From: an uncultured Ruficoccus sp.
GTDB taxonomy: Bacteria > Verrucomicrobiota > Verrucomicrobiia > Opitutales > Cerasicoccaceae
Length of the DNA: 64,000 nt
NCBI GenBank assembly: GCA_965140785.1
Contig: OZ223497.1
Location: 224,001 to 288,000, forward strand
Direction of reading: 5' to 3'
The notes under the pieces are model-generated. The model was given only the letters and a program-made list of their open reading frames with translations. It was not told the DNA's origin and did not search any database. Positions 17,835-26,539 of the stretch are shown here, piece by piece. Both the position numbers and the translations under genes were made by a program. The stretch's first letter is position 1; each line of letters begins with the position of its first letter.

Positions 17835-18874
17835 CAGGTGCTTGTCGGGGCCGGGGGACGGACCAGGGTGCCTTCCGCCCACGTGCCCCGGATGAGGACT
17901 TCCTTGGGGAACTCGGGCAGACCGTATTCGTTGTTGTTGATCTGTTCGGCCACCAGGTCGACAGCGGCGGCTCCCATGCGTTCCCAATTCGGGTCCACGC
18001 CGGAGTACTCGGGGTAATTCGGGCTGCAGGTGAGCATGGCCACGCTGACCTCCTCGGGGATGCGGGCGCCCAGCTCGGACAGGATGCCCGCCACGTGCCA
18101 GTTGAGGGAGATGACGCCATCGGGTTTGTGTTTTTGGAACCAGGCCTTGATCTCCTTTTTATACAGGTCGTCGAGCAGGAGGGGAGGGATGCTCATTTTT
18201 TTTCCACCCGTATGCAGCGTGTGGGTCCGTTCATACGCGGCGCTGATTCGGTAGTGGCTTTGAGGTTCGTGGAACTTCTTGCACAGCAAGCCGATGCGCC
18301 GGCAACCGCGCTCCCACAACTTCTCATAGGCCAGGCAGGTGTTGCCAAAGAAGTCTTCCGCCACACAGTGCAACTGGTGCGGGGCAACATTGTAGTTGAT
18401 CGTGGTGACAGCGAAGTCTTCCCAGGGCATGTTGATGACCGCGGTGTGCCGCATCCACGGTAAAATAATGATCCCCCGTACGCCCCGCTGACTCAGCATG
18501 TCCGAGAAGCGCTTGGAGGTGAGGTTGGGTTCGCTGTACCAGAGGATGTTCGGGAAAAAGCCCAGCTTCTGGCAACGGGAGCGGATGCCGGAGATCAGCC
18601 GGGCGTCGCTTTCAAACTCCATCCATCCGTTGCGCTCGGGAAAGGTGTGGACGATGGCTAGCGCCGACTGCAGGGAGAGCGGCCGGGATTGCCGGACATG
18701 GCTCATCAGCGCGCTCACATGGGGATTGTTGCGGTAGCCCAATCGGTCGGCTATTTCCTGGATACGCTGCCGGGTGGCTTCGGCCACATCCGGGTGATTA
18801 CGCAGAGCCATGGAGACAGTGGCCGTCGTCATCTTTGCCTCTTGGGCAATGGTTTTGAGCGTCACATGGGCCAT
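17834..18874 (-). CDS. LacI-family transcriptional regulator
   Basis: HTH VTLKTIAQEAKMTTATVSMALRN..V...TR.RI..IA..LGY plus effector-binding domain. Confidence 0.9.
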   Translation of the reverse strand: MAHVTLKTIAQEAKMTTATVSMALRNHPDVAEATRQRIQEIADRLGYRNNPHVSALMSHVRQSRPLSLQSALAIVHTFPERNGWMEFESDARLISGIRSRCQKLGFFPNILWYSEPNLTSKRFSDMLSQRGVRGIIILPWMRHTAVINMPWEDFAVTTINYNVAPHQLHCVAEDFFGNTCLAYEKLWERGCRRIGLLCKKFHEPQSHYRISAAYERTHTLHTGGKKMSIPPLLLDDLYKKEIKAWFQKHKPDGVISLNWHVAGILSELGARIPEEVSVAMLTCSPNYPEYSGVDPNWERMGAAAVDLVAEQINNNEYGLPEFPKEVLIRGTWAEGTLVRPPAPTST

Positions 18875-18886
18875 AGGGTAGGGGAT

Positions 18887-18900
18887 TTTAACGAATTAAA
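18887..18900. promoter_or_regulatory. Candidate operator TTTAACGAATTAAA
   Basis: TTTAA-N4-TTAAA inverted repeat between divergent genes; exact reverse-complement copy at 25732-25745. Confidence 0.6.
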
Positions 18901-19009
18901 AGGTGCTGGCCTTGTTCCTGTCAAGGTTGTGGGGTAGGCTTTTATGCATCCTAAGGCGATGTCAATTTCGTCTGAAATTCTTTTAACCCCGACAACTCTT
19001 ATCTTTGCG

Positions 19010-19810
19010 ATGATCACCCCAAGTTTGTATAAAACCTTTCCTTCGATCCTGGCTGGACTGGCCCTGTGTGCCAGCTCCCTGTCGGCTCTCCATGCCGCTG
19101 TCCCTCAACGCGATAAGCTCGTGCTTGAGCTTACCTTTGACGAGGCCGGAGAAGCGGGCTCGAAAACCCTCGACGCGTCCGGTCAGGCCGCCGATCTCCG
19201 CGGGGAGCCGGGAAGCGGCGTCGATGGACGCGCGTTCGACAACACGGGCTCCTCCACCATGGGCGGCAACAACCAACATCCCGGCGAAGGCGGGCAGGTG
19301 AAGATCGCCAATGGCTCCGAGCTGCTGGCCGGGGCCAAGTCCTTCACCCTGCAGGGCTGGTATCGTACTCAAGAGGGCGAAAAACCGGGCAACTACGCGC
19401 GGCTGCTTGCCAGCGCCCGCGTCTCCAGCTATTTCGATAGCGCCAAGGGCAAGGGACTGGTCATCTCCGTCAACCGCGATCACTGCCTGAGCCCGGACGG
19501 GGCCTATCGTCTGCCCGGCGAATGGGTCTTTTTCGCCATCACCTACGACGGCACCAAGGACAGCGACAACGTCTGCTATTACGTCGGCTCAGCCCGGGCC
19601 GAGGTGAGACTGGTCGGGCGGGACAGCATGGCGGCGGGTGAGGTTTCCACCAGCGGTTCTTCGCAGGCGATGATTATCGGTAATGTCGGCTCTGGCGATC
19701 GTCCGTTTGATGGACTGCTGGATAATTTCCGCTTGTGGGTGGATAAGGGAGGGACCGGCGCCGTGCTTTCGAAGAGCGAGCTGGAGCAGGTGCGCAAGTC
19801 CGATTCCTGA
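19010..19810 (+). CDS. Secreted LamG-like jellyroll (concanavalin A-like) domain protein
   Basis: Signal peptide; SFTLQGW, W.FFAITYDG, IGN....RPFDGLLDNFRLW. Confidence 0.75.
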   Translation: MITPSLYKTFPSILAGLALCASSLSALHAAVPQRDKLVLELTFDEAGEAGSKTLDASGQAADLRGEPGSGVDGRAFDNTGSSTMGGNNQHPGEGGQVKIANGSELLAGAKSFTLQGWYRTQEGEKPGNYARLLASARVSSYFDSAKGKGLVISVNRDHCLSPDGAYRLPGEWVFFAITYDGTKDSDNVCYYVGSARAEVRLVGRDSMAAGEVSTSGSSQAMIIGNVGSGDRPFDGLLDNFRLWVDKGGTGAVLSKSELEQVRKSDS

Positions 19811-19844
19811 ACCTCTCTCGCCCCCCTTTACCCCGAAGGACATC

Positions 19845-20591
19845 ATGTTTTCTCTTTATGCTCAACGATTTCCCGACCGGCGACCTGACAGGCCCCGGAC
19901 GGGATTCAGCTTGATCGAGCTGCTGACGGTGATTGCCGTGGTGGCGGTGTTGGCTTCGCTGGTGGTCGCCGGACTGAGCAAAATCAAGGTCACGGCGATG
20001 AAGTCCGAGGCCACTGCCAATCTGCGTCAAATCGGGACGGCTGTCCTCGCCTTTGCCAACGAGCACAACGGCACGCTGCCTGGCCCCAGTTCGCTCGGAT
20101 TGGTTCCTTACTATTACAATCCCTATCCGCGTGACCGGTCGATGCAGGCGGCGATTGCTCCCTACTTGGGGATTTCGCCGGACTCGGTCCCCAGGCAGGG
20201 GAGGGATCATGTTTTCGTGCCCCAACTGGTTTGCCCGGCGGCTTCCAAACTCGTGGACGATCCGGACCACCCGCCGCCTTACTACGTGCAGAACTTTACC
20301 CTGCCAATTCCGCGGGGGCGTATCTTCGGCGCGCAGGCCTGGGGCGAATCCGATGCGGTCGACGGCTGGATGCTCTCGCGTATCGAGCAGTTGGGCCAAA
20401 GCGGAAAAATCTGGCTCCTGACGAATTTGGACCAGGCCCTGCCGTCCGACTGGTCCGGCATCGGCACCGGGAGTATCAGCTCGTCGGGTTGGTTCAGCCG
20501 CCTGCCGGAAGCCCCGGTGTGGGGGGACGGGCGCCTGCGCCTGTATCTGGACGGCCATGTCGATTTTGTCCCCCGGGCTACAGAACCTTGA
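19845..20591 (+). CDS. Prepilin-type N-terminal cleavage/methylation domain protein (H-X9-DG-like C-terminus)
   Basis: G|FSLIELLTVIAVVAVLA, NLRQIG.A...FANE, C-terminal YLDGHV. Confidence 0.85.
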   Translation: MFSLYAQRFPDRRPDRPRTGFSLIELLTVIAVVAVLASLVVAGLSKIKVTAMKSEATANLRQIGTAVLAFANEHNGTLPGPSSLGLVPYYYNPYPRDRSMQAAIAPYLGISPDSVPRQGRDHVFVPQLVCPAASKLVDDPDHPPPYYVQNFTLPIPRGRIFGAQAWGESDAVDGWMLSRIEQLGQSGKIWLLTNLDQALPSDWSGIGTGSISSSGWFSRLPEAPVWGDGRLRLYLDGHVDFVPRATEP

Positions 20592-20631
20592 GAAATGAAC
20601 CCGTTGCGGCCCCTCGCGGCCAACCCCTTTT

Positions 20632-23142
20632 ATGATAAACTTAGATCGAAAAATGCTTTCCCTGCTGGTGACGCTGTGTGCCGCTCCGCTCTGGGGCCAG
20701 GCCGACGAAGTCCTTTTTCAAGACGGCTTTGAATCGGGCCTGGGCTCGTGGGTGGTGACCGAAGACGACCCCATCAGCACCGTCCACCCGAAGGCAGCCC
20801 ATACCGGCGAACGCGGACTCCTGCTCAATGACGAGTACGACAATGCCGGCTCCTCCGTCTCCACCCCCCGCTTCCCGGTCGATCCCGAGATGGGCTACCG
20901 GCTGACTTTCTGGGCCCGGTCGGTGGAGGGAAATGGCGCGGGCGTTTACCTGCGCTTCTTCGACCAGAACGGGCGTCAGCTCCGAAGCGGCAGCGACATG
21001 CAGTCCATCTCCGGTGAGTCCTGGCGCGAGTACCGTTTGGAGGCTTACCCGCCGGAAGGCGCGGTCGAGGTGGAGGGCTGGGTCCACTCCTACAACGGTG
21101 CTACCGTGGTCGTCGTGCTGGATGATGTCGTGTTGGAATCCTTTGTCCCGCAGATCGCGCCGCCCTGGGAGTCCACTTATAAACTCACGCCCGACGATCC
21201 GCTGACAGCGGCGGATGTCCCGGGCCCGGATGGACTGGTCTATCCCGACTGGCGCATGTGCGGGATCGCCGGCGGCATCCCGGCGGTCAAGACCGTGATC
21301 GGACCCGAGCGCTTCGCCGGGATGGAGGGCAAGGACATTGCCCCGCTGATTAACACCGCACTGGATGAAGCCGCCGCCCAGGGCGGGGGAGCAGTAGAGT
21401 TGCCTGCCGGTGAATTCCTCCTGGAGAGCCCCGTGCTCATCCAGCATTCCGGCGTGGTGCTGCGTGGAGCCGGGCGCGACGAAACCCGACTGATTTACCA
21501 GGAGCACATTCCCTACGGTGAGTTGCGCGCCCGTTGCTGGACGCCCTCCGGTGTCATCGGGCCGAACGGCTTTTTCGAAATTCAGGCCAATCCCAAAGAC
21601 CTCGTTCTGCTCCGGGCGACCAGCGGCGATACCGTCATTTACGACCGCGACCGTAGCGCGCACTGGGGGAACCGTTTCGGTATGCGTTTTCGCGGCAAGG
21701 ATGTGTTGGAAGCCCTCGGGCCGGGCACGCACCCGGCCAAGGCCGAGATCGCCTACGCCAATGGAGATACCTTCACCGAGGAGTTCGAGATAAGGGTTTC
21801 TGAGGAAGAGCAGCCCGACGATCTCTGGATCGATCAGCACGGGGCGATCATGGCGGTGGGCCGCGGGCCCACCGGCCCCGAGATCAAGCTGACCGCCACC
21901 TCCGAACGCGGCAGCAACCAGCTCCATCTGCCAGCAGACCACGGCTTAAAAACCGGCGATCGGATCATGATTCTGGCCCCCACTACCGACCGCTGGAATG
22001 CCCTGACCGGCAACACCTGCCCCTGGGGTACTTTTCGCAGCAACTACCTCGAAGTCACCGCTGTCGATGGCGGCACGGTGACGGTGAACCAGCCCTTCCG
22101 AATCGACTTCCCGGTCGAGGACGGCACCTACGTGCAGAAGGTCGGCGTGGTTGAAAATGTCGGCGTCGAGGACCTCACGGTGGAGCAAAAGGTTTTTACC
22201 ACCGAGCTGGTCGGCCCGCGCATCCCCGCCACCCTGTGGTACCCGATGGAGGACCTCTGGGCCAATGGGGTGACCTTCTCCCACGGTTGGAACAGCTGGG
22301 TTCGCGGGGTCAAGGTCGTCAACTCCGGGCGCAACCCCCTTTACCTGACGCGGTCAAAGTTCTGCGAGATCCGCGACTGTATCGCCGACCGGGCGATCTT
22401 CCGTGGGGGTGGCGGTACCGGCTACGTGGGCTTCGAGCGCTCCTACGACTGCCTCATGGACACCATAAGCACCTACACCATGCGCCACGCTCCGGACCTG
22501 CAATGGGGCTCGGCGGGCAATGTCGTGCGCAACGGCCACTTCGTCGGAAGCGATGCGCAGTGGCACGCCGGTTGGACGCACGAGAACCTCTTCGAGAACA
22601 ACGTGATCGAGCAGACCAAGGACAACATTGGCGACGGCACCTACGGGCACGCCTTCTTCGCCACCGGCCCGAGTGACTCGGCGCACGGGCCGCAGGGCCC
22701 GCGCAACGTCATTTACAACAACGATGCCACCGCCCCGAAGAGCGGCTTCGTCATGCTCGGCGGCAACGAGGCCTGGCTCATCCTCTACAATCGCCTCGTG
22801 CTCGAAGAGGGCCGGGCCGTGTACGCCAAGGAGATGAGCTTCGACCACATCATCGCCTACAACACCTTTGTCCTGCCCGGCTCCCAGGGGCCGGCCATCC
22901 TGATCGGTTCCGCGAACTGCACGGGGATCGAGATCTACGACAACAAATTCTACGGACCGGTCGAGGAAGTGGCGGCGTTTGCCTCCGGCCTCGGCGAGTT
23001 CGAGTGGGTCGGGGACAACGAGATCCTGCCCATTCCCGCCGGGGGAGCCGCCTCTGTGCCGCGCCCGGAGCCGGCGGTCAAATCGATTTTCGAGTGGCAG
23101 CGTTCCCACTTGGAGCCGGTTGCCACCCATGTTTCACCCTGA
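20632..23142 (+). CDS. Secreted right-handed beta-helix (pectate lyase-like superfamily) glycan enzyme with N-terminal CBM-like domain
   Basis: Signal peptide; FQDGFESG...W carbohydrate-binding-like domain; PDW..CG..GGIP, GGGAVELPAGEF, SGVVLRGAG, ENLFENN beta-helix motifs. Confidence 0.7.
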   Translation: MINLDRKMLSLLVTLCAAPLWGQADEVLFQDGFESGLGSWVVTEDDPISTVHPKAAHTGERGLLLNDEYDNAGSSVSTPRFPVDPEMGYRLTFWARSVEGNGAGVYLRFFDQNGRQLRSGSDMQSISGESWREYRLEAYPPEGAVEVEGWVHSYNGATVVVVLDDVVLESFVPQIAPPWESTYKLTPDDPLTAADVPGPDGLVYPDWRMCGIAGGIPAVKTVIGPERFAGMEGKDIAPLINTALDEAAAQGGGAVELPAGEFLLESPVLIQHSGVVLRGAGRDETRLIYQEHIPYGELRARCWTPSGVIGPNGFFEIQANPKDLVLLRATSGDTVIYDRDRSAHWGNRFGMRFRGKDVLEALGPGTHPAKAEIAYANGDTFTEEFEIRVSEEEQPDDLWIDQHGAIMAVGRGPTGPEIKLTATSERGSNQLHLPADHGLKTGDRIMILAPTTDRWNALTGNTCPWGTFRSNYLEVTAVDGGTVTVNQPFRIDFPVEDGTYVQKVGVVENVGVEDLTVEQKVFTTELVGPRIPATLWYPMEDLWANGVTFSHGWNSWVRGVKVVNSGRNPLYLTRSKFCEIRDCIADRAIFRGGGGTGYVGFERSYDCLMDTISTYTMRHAPDLQWGSAGNVVRNGHFVGSDAQWHAGWTHENLFENNVIEQTKDNIGDGTYGHAFFATGPSDSAHGPQGPRNVIYNNDATAPKSGFVMLGGNEAWLILYNRLVLEEGRAVYAKEMSFDHIIAYNTFVLPGSQGPAILIGSANCTGIEIYDNKFYGPVEEVAAFASGLGEFEWVGDNEILPIPAGGAASVPRPEPAVKSIFEWQRSHLEPVATHVSP

Positions 23143-23170
23143 AAAACCCAACCTCAAACGCATCAAGATC

Positions 23171-24061
23171 ATGATTCACAAAAAAATCTTCACCGTACTT
23201 TTGACCGCAGTCGCGGGGAGCCTGCTGCACGGGCAGACCCTGCTCTACGAGTTCCAGTTCAATGACCCGGCCAACGGCACCAACACCGTCGGCACCGGCA
23301 ACCCCGGCGGAACCGCCGCCTTCACGAATAACAACAATGTCGATCACGACGATTTAGCCGCCGACTTGCACGGCTCTGCTGGCAGCGGCGTTTCCGGAAG
23401 CGCAGGCGACTATGCCTTCGACAATACCGTTTCCAGCCAGATGGGTGGTAACAATTCCAACCCGGGTTACGGCGGCATAGCCTCAATTACCAATGGGGCT
23501 TTGCCTCTCGACGGCATGGGTTCCTTCACCGTTTCCGGCTGGTACTCTAGCTCAAGCACAATCGGCAACTATGCCCGCTTGATCGAGGTCGGTAGCACCG
23601 GTGTGTGGTTTCAAGGATCGACCCTGCAACTGAGTACAAACGTAACGGGGGGTAGTGGCCAAAAGCTGGCCAGTGGGGACAACTCACTGCTCACTACTAA
23701 CACTTGGCACTTCTTCGCATTCACTTATGACGGTGCCACCGGCACGGCCACGCTCTACGCCGGGACAGATGCAGACTCCGTGGGTTTCATCGTCTCCGAC
23801 ACACTTGCCTCCGGCGATGTCTCCCTCGGCTCGGGTGTTAACCTAGCGATCGGCAACTCCAACTTCAACGATCACCAGCGTCCCTTTGACGGCCTCCTGG
23901 ACAACTACCGGGTCTGGGCCAGCGAAGATTCCTCCGGTGCACTCAGCATGAGCGCCCTGGAAGCTGTCCGCGCCGGTGACGTGATCCCCGAGCCATCCAC
24001 CTACGCGGCCCTGCTCGGCCTCTCCGTCCTGGCGCTGTCCGTGCTCCGCCGTCGGCGGTAG
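23171..24061 (+). CDS. PEP-CTERM protein with LamG-like domain
   Basis: Signal peptide; C-terminal IPEPSTYAALLGLSVLALSVLRRRR. Confidence 0.9.
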   Translation: MIHKKIFTVLLTAVAGSLLHGQTLLYEFQFNDPANGTNTVGTGNPGGTAAFTNNNNVDHDDLAADLHGSAGSGVSGSAGDYAFDNTVSSQMGGNNSNPGYGGIASITNGALPLDGMGSFTVSGWYSSSSTIGNYARLIEVGSTGVWFQGSTLQLSTNVTGGSGQKLASGDNSLLTTNTWHFFAFTYDGATGTATLYAGTDADSVGFIVSDTLASGDVSLGSGVNLAIGNSNFNDHQRPFDGLLDNYRVWASEDSSGALSMSALEAVRAGDVIPEPSTYAALLGLSVLALSVLRRRR

Positions 24062-24234
24062 GACCGGACTCGACGCGACCTTTACCAAGCCGCTGACTCC
24101 GGGCTCCTGCTGAGCGCCGGAGGAGGGAGGCTTGTCTTGATGCGCCTCGGCGTACCGGTTTTATTCCGGCACGCCGGGGATTTTGTCGTAATTACTCCCC
24201 CGATAGCGAGGGTCGCAGAAGCCTTGCACTAAAC

Positions 24235-24272
24235 AAAAAAGCTCACCGGTCTTTTGTCGGTGAGCTTTTTTT
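24235..24272. terminator. Bidirectional intrinsic terminator
   Basis: A6-GCTCACCG-loop-CGGTGAGC-T7 between convergent genes. Confidence 0.85.
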
Positions 24273-24286
24273 GCTATCTGTTCGTG

Positions 24287-25501
24287 TCAGCGAGCACCGC
24301 TGCCGACGAGGGCAGGGATGCCGACGCGCTTGGCCGGTCTCGCCCACGGCAGGGCCGCTTCGCTGAACAGGAGCCCCTCGTCATAAGCCTGCCGCATGGC
24401 CGCATTCAGCGGGGGGAAGTAGGTCAAGTGCTCGCCGGGCTGGATCTCCCGTGTGCTGAGCCGGTCGTTTGAAAACGTGTGTACGGGGACGGTTTGGATC
24501 GCCTCGACACAGAGGGTGTGGGCGAGGGCGGCTTCGGCTCCGCAGATGTCCGTGGATGCGTCCGGGGCGCGGCAGCGTTGCAGGCAGCGCCGGAATTTAT
24601 TCATCTTGTGTTCATCGGGGCTGCCATAGCTGATACGCTGACCATTGGTCAGGGTGGCTGTGATCTCCCCGCCCACGGAATATTCGACTTGGGCTTCTTC
24701 GCATTCGAAGCGGAAATGTGGCCCGTCAACCTCCCTGACGCAGTGGGCGGTGTAAAACAGGATTTCCGGCCCTTCCTCCGTTTCCACGCGGCAGCAGGCC
24801 GCGTCAAAGTTCTCGATCGGGTTGGCCCGGTAGCATTCCGCCTCCAGCGTCAGCGGTGTGACCGAGAGCCCCGGCGCTGGCCCGCAGACGTAGAGCATGT
24901 TGTGCAGGTAGTGCGCGGTGGCGTTGTTGACCGGACTGTCGAACACACGGTGGCCCTGCGGGTCGCGGATGCAGCCCGCCCAGTTGTTGCGGCCGTAGTA
25001 GCTGTCGGACCGGGGCCAGGCCACGCGGGTCAGCAACCGCCGGGGTGCGCCCAGACGACCGGCCAGCAGGTCGGCCTTCAAGCGCTGAATGGCCTCGCTG
25101 AAAGACCATTGATAACCGATTTCCAGAAACTTCCCCGCGGCGTCGCGTGCGGCCATCATGCGCCGGGCCTCTTCCACGGTGGCGCTGATCGGCTTTTCGC
25201 ACAGGACATGCATCCCGGCACCGAGGGCGGCGCAGGTCTGGTCGGCGTGATAAGCGATGGGCGAGACGATGACGGCGATATCCGCCCGGATGCCGGCGGC
25301 GAGGCAGCTCTCCAGGTCGTCAAAGCAGGGAACGCCCTCGGCGATCAACTCCGGCCAGATGTCTTTCTGGCGTGCGAAGGGATCGACCGCCGCGCACAGC
25401 CGGGCCTCGCCCGTGGCTTTGAGTGCGCGCAACTCTCCGAAATAAACATCACCGTACCCGCTGATGCCGACAAGTAAGACATTTAGGGGGGCGCGCTTCA
25501 T
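24287..25501 (-). CDS. Gfo/Idh/MocA family oxidoreductase
   Basis: Rossmann VLLVGISGYG, HVLCEKP, IGYQW. Confidence 0.9.
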   Translation of the reverse strand: MKRAPLNVLLVGISGYGDVYFGELRALKATGEARLCAAVDPFARQKDIWPELIAEGVPCFDDLESCLAAGIRADIAVIVSPIAYHADQTCAALGAGMHVLCEKPISATVEEARRMMAARDAAGKFLEIGYQWSFSEAIQRLKADLLAGRLGAPRRLLTRVAWPRSDSYYGRNNWAGCIRDPQGHRVFDSPVNNATAHYLHNMLYVCGPAPGLSVTPLTLEAECYRANPIENFDAACCRVETEEGPEILFYTAHCVREVDGPHFRFECEEAQVEYSVGGEITATLTNGQRISYGSPDEHKMNKFRRCLQRCRAPDASTDICGAEAALAHTLCVEAIQTVPVHTFSNDRLSTREIQPGEHLTYFPPLNAAMRQAYDEGLLFSEAALPWARPAKRVGIPALVGSGAR

Positions 25502-25677
25502 CCTCGTTCCTCTTCATAAACAAAGGTTGAGCCCGGGCTGAGGTCGTGTCGGTTGGAGATAACGTCGGCGGAGACATGAGTGTGCCGGGCACGAGATCGG
25601 TAAACCCGCTCCGTCTCGTGGTCGGAAGATAAGTGATGGATGGAAGTCGCGGGCATGAAGCGGCCAGGGTTGGAATT

Positions 25678-25714
25678 GGAAAAACGGAAACAGTCTGTCT
25701 GTTTCCGTTTTTCC
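25678..25714. repeat. Perfect 16-bp inverted repeat (hairpin)
   Basis: GGAAAAACGGAAACAG-TCTGT-CTGTTTCCGTTTTTCC. Confidence 0.8.
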
Positions 25715-25731
25715 CAACAATGCCCCGGGTC

Positions 25732-25745
25732 TTTAATTCGTTAAA
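25732..25745. promoter_or_regulatory. Candidate operator TTTAATTCGTTAAA
   Basis: Exact reverse complement of 18887-18900; lies upstream of the oxidoreductase gene. Confidence 0.6.
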
Positions 25746-25760
25746 TTCGGGCAAATGCGG

Positions 25761-26390
25761 CTAAATTTCTCCGCGCGGGCCGCAGTGGGTCTCATCGGGG
25801 TAGGAGCATTTTTTGGACGCGGTGAGGCTCGTGCAGGGGATGGGGAGTCTCGCTGAGGCGACAGACAACGGGTCCAGGATTTCGTTGATTTGACACAAGG
25901 GCTTTTCGATGCGGGGCTTGTCCTGGTCTTCGCAAGCGTCGTAAAGCTCTTTCATCACCTCAGGGATAATGTTGGGCAAACAGATGGGCAGCCTGATGTG
26001 GTCGGCGGCACGCAGGAGAAACTCCAGAATGTCAGCCTGAGGAAGGTGGAAAAAGGAGGGCGGCATGAGGGCAACCCCATCGGCTCCTGAGCTCCAGGCA
26101 TACTCGGCCAGGGTGACGACGTTTTCCAGGCGGGTGTCACTCACATTGATAATAATGGACAGAGTAGGGGCGAGGTCGGCGATGGCGCTTATCAACTCTA
26201 TGCGGGGTCGGAATATCCAAGCGCGTGAACTCCCCGGTACTGCCCAGCGCGATAACACCGTCGACCCCGTTTTGCTTCAGGAAAGTTCTGTGGCTGGCCA
26301 AGGCCTGATTGTCGATGTTTCCATTGGCCTGAGTCGGCGTCTACAGGGCGTTAATTAGGCCCCGATGGGGCAGGAAGGAGATTCGCGCAT
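25761..26390 (-). pseudogene. Dihydrodipicolinate synthase/N-acetylneuraminate lyase family aldolase pseudogene
   Basis: Manual translation GLINAL*TPT..GNID..AL..H..FL..NGVDGVIALGSTGEF (TAG at 26341-26343), frameshift to GADGVALMPPSFF; the region carrying the catalytic Tyr/Lys appears to be missing. Confidence 0.8.
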
Positions 26391-26462
26391 GATCGGTTAC
26401 CTCTAAACGATTATCTATTCGATGCTGTTGTCCGGCTATCAACGCATTCAAAACAGAGTTAG

Positions 26463-26478
26463 GAAAAAACGTTTTATC
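26463..26478. promoter_or_regulatory. Candidate LacI operator GAAAAAACGTTTTATC
   Basis: AAAACGTTTT core with central CG; 12-bp match to 29683-29694 (reverse strand). Confidence 0.55.
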
Positions 26479-26539
26479 CAAATCGGCTCATTTCGCGATT
26501 TATCGATGGGCAAAGCTCATTCACTCGCCGATTTTCTGA

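Noticed and set aside
17835..17987. N-terminal extension of the 419-aa LacI ORF
   Set aside because: It overlaps the upstream LacI gene; the coupled ATG at 17834 is the more plausible start.
16582..26343. Stop-codon reassignment suggested by TGA/TAG at Trp positions
   Set aside because: Both cases are in genes that also have frameshifts or deletions; intact genes use TGA and TAG as normal stops.
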